From the NCBI GenBank assembly GCA_016840085.1, contig JAEOTA010000088.1, positions 32,001-96,000 on the forward strand: a DNA stretch of 64,000 nucleotides. The letters run 5' to 3'. How positions within the stretch are numbered: position 1 is the first letter of the stretch; each line of letters starts with the position of its first letter. Below the pieces are notes generated by a model. It searched no databases. It saw only the letters and a program-made list of their open reading frames with translations, and was not told the origin of the DNA. The stretch is from Promethearchaeota archaeon (lineage in GTDB: Archaea; Asgardarchaeota; Lokiarchaeia; Sigyniarchaeales; SOKP01). This document shows, in pieces, positions 1 through 8,380 of this stretch. The position numbers and the translations under genes are program-made.

Positions 1-1219
1 GTTGACGAGAAATTACCCAATTCCAATCTAAACCTTCAGCCCAATCAAGCAATCTTTGTTTCTGTTTTTCTGGATACCATCTCATATTTTCTGCTGATTC
101 AGTAATCTCCTGAGTAAAATCTTTAACATTAATAAACCACTGATAAACTGGTAAATATTCAATAGGTTTACGACAAGATGGACGTTCAGTGTGAACAATA
201 ATGCTATGTTCATAATCTTCTATTCTCTCAATTAGTCCATTTTTATCAAGATCTTCGACAATTTGATCTCTAGCTTCCATTATCGTTAAACCTTGATATT
301 TAGAGTTTTTATTCATATGACCATCTTCAGTAAAGATTTGGATTTCATCCAGATTATATTCGATTTTCCATTTAATATCCATCTCATCTCCGTACGTGCA
401 AACGTAAACAATACCCGTTCCAAAATTCATATCAACTATGCTATCCATATAAACTCGAACAGTACGATTCGTAAAAGGGATTTCTATTTCAGCAGCAGAT
501 AGATCGTAATAACGTTCGTCATTTGGATGAACCATTACAGCAACACATGCTTCCATGTATTCTGGACGTGTTGTAGCTATCGTAATATATTCATTTTCTC
601 TCCCTACAATTGGCAATTTTAAATACCATAATTTTCCTTCCTCTTCCTGATATCCTACTTCTGCTTTAGCAACAGAAGTTTCGCAATTAACACAAAAATG
701 AGTTGGAAATTTTTCCCGATATAACCATCCTTTTTCATAAAAATAAAGAAGTGATAATTGAACTTTATATTTATAATCATTATTCATAGTACGATATGTA
801 TAATCCCAATCAGAAGAATAACCTAACTCATCAAATTGTCTTCTCATATTTCTGATATTTCTATCTACCCATTCAACACACTTTTCCAGGAATTCATTTC
901 GCTGATGTTGGGAGATTCCATATTCCCTTTGCACAGCTAACTCTACCGGAAGGCCATGACAATCGAAACCCTGTGGGAAATAAACATTATCTCCTTTCAT
1001 CTTATGATATCTTGCTACGAAATCGATCCAGGAATGATTTAAAATGTGCCCCATGTGAAGACTTCCACTTACAAATGGAGGAGGTGTATCTATAGAAAAC
1101 ATATCACCCATTTGATTGACATCAAATGCATAAATTTTTTCTTCTTTCCAATATTTCATCCATTTCTCTTGAACTACTTTAAAATTAAACCTTTTTGGAT
1201 ATGTTGTTTCTTGTGCCAT
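1..1219 (-). CDS. valS: Valyl-tRNA synthetase, N-terminal part (runs off the window start)
   Basis: Manual translation from the ATG at 1219 gives MAQETTYPKRF...FSIDTPPPFVSGSLHMGH...FPQGFDCHGLPVE...ATTRPE. This has the class I HIGH motif (HMGH) and ValRS signatures. It is absent from the ORF track because there is no stop in the window. Confidence 0.93.
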   Translation of the reverse strand, partial: MAQETTYPKRFNFKVVQEKWMKYWKEEKIYAFDVNQMGDMFSIDTPPPFVSGSLHMGHILNHSWIDFVARYHKMKGDNVYFPQGFDCHGLPVELAVQREYGISQHQRNEFLEKCVEWVDRNIRNMRRQFDELGYSSDWDYTYRTMNNDYKYKVQLSLLYFYEKGWLYREKFPTHFCVNCETSVAKAEVGYQEEEGKLWYLKLPIVGRENEYITIATTRPEYMEACVAVMVHPNDERYYDLSAAEIEIPFTNRTVRVYMDSIVDMNFGTGIVYVCTYGDEMDIKWKIEYNLDEIQIFTEDGHMNKNSKYQGLTIMEARDQIVEDLDKNGLIERIEDYEHSIIVHTERPSCRKPIEYLPVYQWFINVKDFTQEITESAENMRWYPEKQKQRLLDWAEGLDWNWVISRQ

Positions 1220-1339
1220 TTTGAACTCTAATTAGAAGGTTATTTAATATAAAAATGTATAATGCTTGATAACTTTATAAGATTTGTTCAAATCATGGTA
1301 GTCAATGTAGCTTTCTTAATGCTATAATTTAAAAAATTT

Positions 1340-1357
1340 AATAGACCTGACGGGAAT
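1340..1357 (+). repeat. Direct repeat of the tRNA-Ala 3' end (att-like site)
   Basis: aatAgacctgacgggaat (1340-1357) vs aatGgacctgacgggaat (2165-2182): 17/18 identical, with 14 bp exact and GC-rich in AT-rich surroundings. Confidence 0.7.
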
Positions 1358-1401
1358 CGTCTAAAAGTGATATCATGAAATTATATTTTTTCTATTAAAT
1401 T

Positions 1402-2013
1402 TTAACTTTTAATCCTTCGACCAATATATCTAAATACTTTTCTTTTATATTCAACATAAGCCTTTCCAAAGATTTCCTCTAATTCTTTTTCTTCTATCTT
1501 AATTCTATAATGAAAATTAATAATGAATATAATAATACATAGGAATGTTATCCATGTTGGAATTATTAAACTAAATCCTATTGTTATAATATGTAATCCA
1601 AGATAAATAGGATTTCTTGATATTGCATATATTCCTGTTGTCTTTAATTCAGATGAGTCAGATTTATCTGCTAAATCTCTTAATGAATTTAGATTAAAAT
1701 ATGCTATTAGAAATATGATGGTTCCAATTATAACAAAAATATCTCCTATATGTTTTAAAAGGTCTATATATAGCATTTCTATCGGTAAAAAAAGATTAAA
1801 TGCTAAAATAGGATTGAAAATATAAATTAATGTTAGAAAGCATATATAGATATATCCTAAAATACAAATTATTATTATTGGATAAATCCATTGAGGAATC
1901 TCAGGAAAATTAACTGCTCTTTCAATTTTATGTGATAATTTTCTATAAATTATATGGAATAAAACGATAATCATTATTATCCAAAAAATCATCAATGATA
2001 TTTTAGTAAACAT
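1402..2013 (-). CDS. Isoprenylcysteine carboxyl methyltransferase (ICMT/Ste14/PEMT) family membrane protein
   Basis: Several TM helices plus L-x-T-T-G-I-Y-A-I-S-R-N-P-I-Y-L-G and EEKEL..FG..Y..Y motifs. Confidence 0.85.
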   Translation of the reverse strand: MFTKISLMIFWIIMIIVLFHIIYRKLSHKIERAVNFPEIPQWIYPIIIICILGYIYICFLTLIYIFNPILAFNLFLPIEMLYIDLLKHIGDIFVIIGTIIFLIAYFNLNSLRDLADKSDSSELKTTGIYAISRNPIYLGLHIITIGFSLIIPTWITFLCIIIFIINFHYRIKIEEKELEEIFGKAYVEYKRKVFRYIGRRIKS

Positions 2014-2166
2014 ATTAAAAAAAAAGAATTAGTTTTAACTAAATTTTATTTTTAGTATGCTTTTAATTTTACTAGAATGATTAATTTTAACTAGATTGAT
2101 AATATATTTACTGCTAACTGGATTCATGTGTTACTTAAAATCCTTTTAAGGTGTGTAATAGTAGAA

Positions 2167-2299
2167 TGGACCTGACGGGAATTGAACCCGTGACCTCTTG
2201 AATACGCGAATCTCTCTAAATGATGTGGATTTTGCGAATCAAGCTTAGGATTAATTTATATAATTATAAATTAATGATCTTCCACTGATCTACAGGCCC
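2167..2299 (-). tRNA. tRNA-Ala(CGC) with two introns (25/26: 2245-2275, 31 nt; 37/38: 2203-2232, 30 nt)
   Basis: The spliced sequence GGGCCTG TA GATC AGTGGAA GATC G CTTGA TTCGCAT TCAAG AGGTC ACGGG TTCAATT CCCGT CAGGTCC A forms a full cloverleaf with the G3:U70 Ala identity pair. Both inserts form relaxed bulge-helix-bulge motifs. Confidence 0.92.
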
Positions 2300-2380
2300 A
2301 AGTATAATTATTTATATTTATTAAAATCAGAATACCTAAAATTATTTATTATTTTTCATGGATTTTTAAAAATTAAGAGA

Positions 2381-4759
2381 TTAATACTCAGTTCGAGCGA
2401 TAATTTCATCTTGTGCGTTTTTTGATAATTCTGTAAAATATACTGAATATCCTGCAATTCTTACAACCAAACCTCTATAATTATCAGGATTTAATTGAGC
2501 TTCGCATAGAGTTTCTTTTCCCACAACATTAAATTGGACTTGATAACCACCTTTAGGTTCAAAAAAAGTTCTAATAAGTGGGATCAACACTTCCGATTTT
2601 AATGAATTTGGATGAAAGGCTAAAATCAGTGAATTACCATTTGTCATTAACTCATTATTAAGTTTTTTTACAGAATTAAGAATAGCAGTAGGACCTTTTT
2701 TATCCATACTACTTGTGGGACATAGACCATTAGACAAGGGTTCTGTTTTTCTTCTACCGTCTGCTGAAGCCCCTGTAAAAAAGCCAAATGCTAAATGAAA
2801 TGTTGTAGAATAAATTCCAGGATTAAATTTCCCTCCTCGATAATTTGAATGCTTTGAAATTTCTTCACAATAAAATTTTGCTACTTTAACAGCTATTTCA
2901 TCAACATAATCATCATCGTTTCCGAATTTTGGTACTTTATTTATAAAAATTTCTCGCCACTCTGTTCCTTTTCTTCCCTGATAAATACCTTTGAAATTTT
3001 TAGCAAGCAATTGAACTAAATCTTTTACTTGAAGAAGATTTTCTTCAAAGACAACTTTTTTAATTACAGCAAGACTATCTGCAACTGTAGCTAAACCAAT
3101 TAATTGCGGACCTGTAAAATTGTAAACTGCTCCGCCTCCAGTTATATCCAATCCACGTTCTAAGCAATCATCTATAGTTGCCGATAAAAATGGTTGCGGA
3201 GTAAGTTCAGCAATTGCTTTATCGAGAAAATACATTGTTTTCACCATATAATCAATGAAATATTTCACTTGCTTCTTAAAGTTATCCCAAAGATCTTCAT
3301 AAGAAGTAATTTCCTTAGAATTTCTAAGTCCATATTCTCTTCTAGTTAACATATCGACTCCATTATTCAATGTTAATTCTAAACATTTCACTACATTGAA
3401 TTGATTAGCATTTGTTGATCCAAATGATTTATATGGATGTTGAGGTTCAACACATCCTATTGGTGCGTATTCTCGAGCATCTTCAAGAGTAAAACCTCGA
3501 TTAATAAGACCAGATATCATTACATCATCATTAAATAAGGCAGTACTAGTACCACTTTTTATAGATTCCCCAACTTTCATAAGAAAATCTTCGGAAGTAT
3601 TTCTATGAATTCTAACACAAAAAGTAGGTTGAACAGTTTTTATATGAGTGTACCCCTCTAAAATAATCAAAGATAATTCATTTGTAGCATCTTTTCCTTC
3701 ACGATCTAATCCCCCAATCACTAAGTTTTCAGCAATAGGAGGTCCTTCGACTGCTATCACTCCTTTTGAAATAACATAATTCCATAAAGTAGAAAGTTTG
3801 ATGAAAAAGCATTCAATAAGAAACTGGACTTTTTCTTTTGTAATTTTTCCTTTTTTTATATCTAATAAATAATAAGGATATAAATACTGATCTAACCGAC
3901 CAACTGAAATAGCAAAGCCGCCATCTTCTAAGCCAGATATTAAATGAGTAAAATAAATTAACTGTAGCGCCTCTTCAAATCCGTTTGGTGGATTTTCAGA
4001 GATATTTTGACAAATTTTAGAAATATCATAAAGTTCTTTCTGGCGTTCGAGATGTTGTTCATTTTCAGCCATTTCTCTTGCTAAATTTGAAAATCTACAG
4101 ATTAATTTCTTAGCCGCATTCAATAAAATGATTACTGACTCTAAAAAAATCTTTTTCTTATTGTTATTAGTAAATTTATCTAAATTCTCCTTAGATTTTT
4201 GAATTAAACCATTGATTCCATTTTTTAATACATTTTTATGTCCAGGAAAAAAATGACCAATTCCACTAGAAAGTTCCACATCTACAGTAAAAACAAGCTT
4301 TTCCATAATATTTCTTATATCTGGATCTAAATATGATTGAAACCGCTCTTGTACAGTTATTTCTTCATTTTTCCAGTAAGGAATTATATCTTCTTTTATA
4401 AACTGTTTCTCTTCACTTGTTAAAAAAAGCCTTTGGACAGGACGAGAATCATAATTTTCAATATCTTGCTCTATTGTATCTATTCGAGCTTCAGGATACA
4501 AGGGAGTTCCTACAAATTTTGTACATCTATTCCCAACTATAAACTCATCATTCCATATTCTTATTGTCATATTTGTTAAATAATAATCCATAGCTTTAGC
4601 AAATCTAATAATTGGGTTCTCTCCTTTGGTTGTTTTATATGAATCTGTAAATAATTTAGCTCTTTCTATACATATTTCATGTGGTGCCTTAACAAGTTTA
4701 CTTTTCATTCTTATTGTGCGTTCTTTATAATTTGAAATGGGAATTTGTTCTAATTGCAT
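2381..4759 (-). CDS. Glycyl radical enzyme (PFL2/dehydratase-like)
   Basis: C-terminal RIAGYS glycyl-radical loop, single-Cys GCVEP loop, and SVGRLDQYL and PKFGNDD motifs. Confidence 0.92.
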   Translation of the reverse strand: MQLEQIPISNYKERTIRMKSKLVKAPHEICIERAKLFTDSYKTTKGENPIIRFAKAMDYYLTNMTIRIWNDEFIVGNRCTKFVGTPLYPEARIDTIEQDIENYDSRPVQRLFLTSEEKQFIKEDIIPYWKNEEITVQERFQSYLDPDIRNIMEKLVFTVDVELSSGIGHFFPGHKNVLKNGINGLIQKSKENLDKFTNNNKKKIFLESVIILLNAAKKLICRFSNLAREMAENEQHLERQKELYDISKICQNISENPPNGFEEALQLIYFTHLISGLEDGGFAISVGRLDQYLYPYYLLDIKKGKITKEKVQFLIECFFIKLSTLWNYVISKGVIAVEGPPIAENLVIGGLDREGKDATNELSLIILEGYTHIKTVQPTFCVRIHRNTSEDFLMKVGESIKSGTSTALFNDDVMISGLINRGFTLEDAREYAPIGCVEPQHPYKSFGSTNANQFNVVKCLELTLNNGVDMLTRREYGLRNSKEITSYEDLWDNFKKQVKYFIDYMVKTMYFLDKAIAELTPQPFLSATIDDCLERGLDITGGGAVYNFTGPQLIGLATVADSLAVIKKVVFEENLLQVKDLVQLLAKNFKGIYQGRKGTEWREIFINKVPKFGNDDDYVDEIAVKVAKFYCEEISKHSNYRGGKFNPGIYSTTFHLAFGFFTGASADGRRKTEPLSNGLCPTSSMDKKGPTAILNSVKKLNNELMTNGNSLILAFHPNSLKSEVLIPLIRTFFEPKGGYQVQFNVVGKETLCEAQLNPDNYRGLVVRIAGYSVYFTELSKNAQDEIIARTEY

Positions 4760-4843
4760 TTATATCCCTAAATTTTACCAATCATTCAGTTTAATTATAA
4801 TTATAATTGCTCTATTTAATAAACGTTTTTATTATATTTTTTT

Positions 4844-4996
4844 AAAGAAATTCTGGAATTTAAACTTGTTTGGGAAATAGCTTTTAATAAAATCGCTGAA
4901 AAATTTGGAATTTCAAAATCAAAAATAAGTGAAATTTGTAAAAAATATTATATAGAAAAAATAAAAGTTAGTTATTGAATGAAGAATCGGATATAA
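4844..4996 (+). pseudogene. Remnant of a small HTH protein
   Basis: Startless frame KEILEFKLVWEIAFNKIAEKFGISKSKISEICKKYYI...SY*MKNRI. IAEKFGIS..IS is an HTH pattern. TGA at 4976-4978. Confidence 0.35.
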
Positions 4997-5125
4997 GAAA
5001 TTATTTTTTATCTAATATTAAAATCTTATTCTAGAATAAAGTTCAAATCGTATAATCATTATCTATTTGATAATAATAGAATTATTGTAATTTAAAAAAT
5101 TCCCATGAAGAATGGAGAAAATTAA

Positions 5126-5677
5126 ATGCCCTATTCTTATATAACGATAAATTGGAATCTTCCTAAAATAAATTCGAGAAATGAGTTAAGAAAATATGTT
5201 GTACTTAAATTTATGGAGGAAAATCCTGGTCGAGGAACTGGAACATTAGTTTCTAGATATAAATACATAGTTGAAAACTTTTCAGATGGAAGAAAATAAT
5301 ATTTAATTAGACCTGCTCAATATAAGATGGGATTTGATTTTCAAATATGGATGGAGAACTGGAATAAATCTAACATACATAAAATGCCTAGTTATATAGA
5401 CATCATTCAAGATTTAAAACTAAAGGAACAAGAGAATCAACGTAATTTTAACATTTTACTTAAAGCTATAGATAAAATTTTCATATGTGAAGACGATAAC
5501 CGCATTTTAAATTGGTTAAAAGCAAAAAATATAATCTTCTCTGCCGGTGAAAACATTAATGTTTTGCTAAAAATTATTAAATGGATGTTTATTGAACAAG
5601 ATATAAGATATTGGAATTTTAGTGGCCAGATGAAATTAAAAAATTTTATTGATAATAATTTTAAAATCGCACCTTAA
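5126..5677 (+). pseudogene. 183-codon conserved-looking ORF interrupted by an in-frame TAA (5297-5299); possible restriction-type nuclease partner of the nearby methylase
   Basis: The ATG at 5126, preceded by GGAG, is in frame with track ORF 5327..5677 and reads ...ENPGRGTG...FSDGRK*YLIRPAQYKMGFDF...KWMFIEQDIRYWNFSG. The function is inferred from context only. Confidence 0.6.
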
Positions 5678-5726
5678 AATGATAATTATTATATTGGTAG
5701 TAAAATCAAAACTGAAATTTTCTTAA

Positions 5727-6638
5727 TTAATTAACTTTTTCACTTTTCCAAATATAGATTCGATTTCTAATACCACTTTCGAGCATCCAAATTTCATCTT
5801 CACCATTAACTAAGTCTAGTATACTTTTAACAAACAGATTTTTAAAAATAAATCTTATTTGATTTGCTTCAATCAAAGTGTCTTTCTTATGAATACTAGT
5901 ATCTAATTTCTCATCAAACTGTTCAATATTAAAGAGTACTTTATTTTTAATTGGGATGCCAACATGAAATATAAAACGTACTATTGCTGTAGTTTCATCT
6001 ATTAAATATTCATCACCTTTAGTTCTTATAAGGGCAACTTCAGCAAAAGTCTTTAAATCATCTATTTTAAATCTACCTTTAACCGTTCCAATTGAATATC
6101 CTCCAAACCTTTTAGAAATCCAATTACATATTCTCTCTCTATATTGAACTTCAGAATCTTCCTTCTCTTTTGGAAAAGCATTATATAATTCATTTAAGGG
6201 AATTCTATTTAATGTCAACTTAATAGTGTCTTTATAAAAAAGCTCATCTAATGATGACCTTAAATCTGATTCATTTGTTAAGGGCATGAAAAATTCAAAT
6301 ATCATCAAATCTGTATAATATTCTTCTATGTAATCTACTTTAATCTTCGAACTTTGCGAATAAAAACCCCGAAATTTCTTCCATTTCGAATATTTCTTAA
6401 AAATACCAGAAACTAAGAATTTTCCTTTATCATTTGGAGATTCTTCCAGTAAATGTTTAAATTTTTTTGAAAAATATGTTTCAAAATTATCGGGATTTGG
6501 ATAATCTGCAAATTGTTTAAATTCTTCTTTTGAAAAAGCTTCAGGTGTTCGAGAATGGTCTTTTAAAAAAATAAAAGCTCTCCTTATAGGATCTTCAGAA
6601 TTCTCCAAATTTCTCTCTCTAGAATTCATTTTAATCAT
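5727..6638 (-). CDS. Hypothetical protein, 303 aa
   Basis: Long ORF with normal composition; no family recognised. Confidence 0.7.
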   Translation of the reverse strand: MIKMNSRERNLENSEDPIRRAFIFLKDHSRTPEAFSKEEFKQFADYPNPDNFETYFSKKFKHLLEESPNDKGKFLVSGIFKKYSKWKKFRGFYSQSSKIKVDYIEEYYTDLMIFEFFMPLTNESDLRSSLDELFYKDTIKLTLNRIPLNELYNAFPKEKEDSEVQYRERICNWISKRFGGYSIGTVKGRFKIDDLKTFAEVALIRTKGDEYLIDETTAIVRFIFHVGIPIKNKVLFNIEQFDEKLDTSIHKKDTLIEANQIRFIFKNLFVKSILDLVNGEDEIWMLESGIRNRIYIWKSEKVN

Positions 6639-6777
6639 CTTTTGGTTTTAATTTGAAGAAAAAAATTCTCTTAGAATAATTCTCTGTCTAATAATTCTAT
6701 ATTGAAAACGATAGAATAATAAACTTTTTGATTCTTTCTCCAAATTTTATTTCCCATAAAAATAGAATGTGATATTG

Positions 6778-7701
6778 TTAATAATTTAAAATAAGTAAAA
6801 CATTTACATTTCCTCTTTTCGCAGCGTTACAATTAATAGCTCTCCTGGCATTCAGCGTTATAATTTTGTAGTCTTTATATAAGTTTTTTATATATTCATT
6901 ATAAGAATTACTAAGCATAAGCTTACAATCACGATCATCCAACTTTTTAAAAATATTAAGTAATTTTTGTTGAGAATCTTCTTCAAAATTTTCCTTAGTA
7001 TAGCTTGTAAAAGATGATGTTTTCGATATAGGATAATACGGAGGATCAAAATAAATAAAATCACCCTTTTCAGCATAATCTAAACAAATCTCAAAAGAGC
7101 CATAAATTATCTTAAAGTTTTCCAATGCTTTACTTACCGCTAATAGATTTTCCTCATCGCAGAAATTTGGATTTTTATATCTACCAAATGGTACATTGAA
7201 TTGCCCTTTACTGTTCACTCTATATAAGCCATTATAACAACATCTATTCAAATAAATCATTCTGGAGGCTCTTTCTATATTGGATAATTTATTAAACTTT
7301 TCTTTATCTCTATCTAATGCCCTTATTTTATAATAATAGTCTTTCTCATTTTTATGAGTTTTTAGTAATTCTATTAATTCATTTACATTGCTTTTTATAA
7401 CCTTGTAGCAATTGATCAATTCTTCATTAATATCAATTATAATTGAAAATTTTGGTTTCAGATAAAAAAGAACTGCGCCACCACCTACAAATGGTTCAAT
7501 ATATTTGTTAAAATTTTTTGGAAAGTATTTATTCATCTGTGAAATTAATTGTCTTTTCCCTCCTGCCCATTTTAGAAATGGATAAGGGATTTCACTTATT
7601 AAATTTCCATTCTTTTTTTTGATTAAAAATGTATAATTACTATTCTTTTTGGAAAAATCTTGAGTAATATCTTTAAATATTAATTTTTCCTCATCAGACA
7701 A
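6778..7701 (-). CDS. dam: Dam-family (D12 class) N6-adenine DNA methyltransferase
   Basis: PFLKWAGGK, EPFVGGG (motif I), NGLYRVN..G.FNVP and DPPY (motif IV). Confidence 0.93.
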   Translation of the reverse strand: MSDEEKLIFKDITQDFSKKNSNYTFLIKKKNGNLISEIPYPFLKWAGGKRQLISQMNKYFPKNFNKYIEPFVGGGAVLFYLKPKFSIIIDINEELINCYKVIKSNVNELIELLKTHKNEKDYYYKIRALDRDKEKFNKLSNIERASRMIYLNRCCYNGLYRVNSKGQFNVPFGRYKNPNFCDEENLLAVSKALENFKIIYGSFEICLDYAEKGDFIYFDPPYYPISKTSSFTSYTKENFEEDSQQKLLNIFKKLDDRDCKLMLSNSYNEYIKNLYKDYKIITLNARRAINCNAAKRGNVNVLLILNY

Positions 7702-7963
7702 TTTTATTCCTCCATATTATCTATCAATTGCAATATATTTGAAACGTATGTTTATAAACGACAAAACTATTAAATAATTTTTATCAAATTTATAATAATT
7801 TTATATATAATAATTATAATTATAATCTTAAATTATTTTTGCCATTTAAATTAATAAATAGATTATATATAATTAATCTTTAAAAAATTAAATAAATATT
7901 CAATAATATCTAGTCAAAAATGATAAGTAAAAAATTATATATAATTAAAATTTATTAATATTT

Positions 7964-8305
7964 GTGGATGCCGACAAAAAGTCTCTTTTCGAAGTAGTTA
8001 ATTTATTAGATAAAATTTCCAATAAAATTAATTCTGAACTTTCATCATTAAAGAGAAAAATCAATTATACTGTTTTTAAAATCCCATTAAAAAATTATCA
8101 TAAGAATTTTTTAAAAAACATTTTAATCCCTCTTTCTGATAAAAAACCAACTTTTTCAATAATGGATATAGAATTATTATGTAAAAAAACTAAACCTTTA
8201 GAAAAATCAACAATACGTTGCTATTTAAGTGCTTTAAAAAGAAATAATCTTATTATCATAAAAAAAACACAAGATAAAAGAGGTCACCTCTATAAAATAA
8301 TTTGA
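7964..8305 (+). CDS. Small winged-helix DNA-binding protein
   Basis: C-terminal KSTIRCYLSALKRNNLI..K..DKR..LY pattern typical of a wHTH recognition helix and wing. Confidence 0.65.
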   Translation: MDADKKSLFEVVNLLDKISNKINSELSSLKRKINYTVFKIPLKNYHKNFLKNILIPLSDKKPTFSIMDIELLCKKTKPLEKSTIRCYLSALKRNNLIIIKKTQDKRGHLYKII

Positions 8306-8380
8306 AAATAAAATTTCTATTTTTTAATAGAATAGAAGAATTATATTTCTATCTTCATATTATGCAGATTCTTCCTTTTA

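Noticed and set aside
293-1231. Plus-strand ORFs 293..502 and 1046..1231
   Set aside because: Antisense shadows of valS.
4976-5299. Stop-codon recoding (Sec/Pyl or an alternative code) at the in-frame stops
   Set aside because: The stop at 5297 is TAA, TAA/TGA/TAG all end normal genes here, and there is no redox-motif context. Pseudogenisation is simpler.
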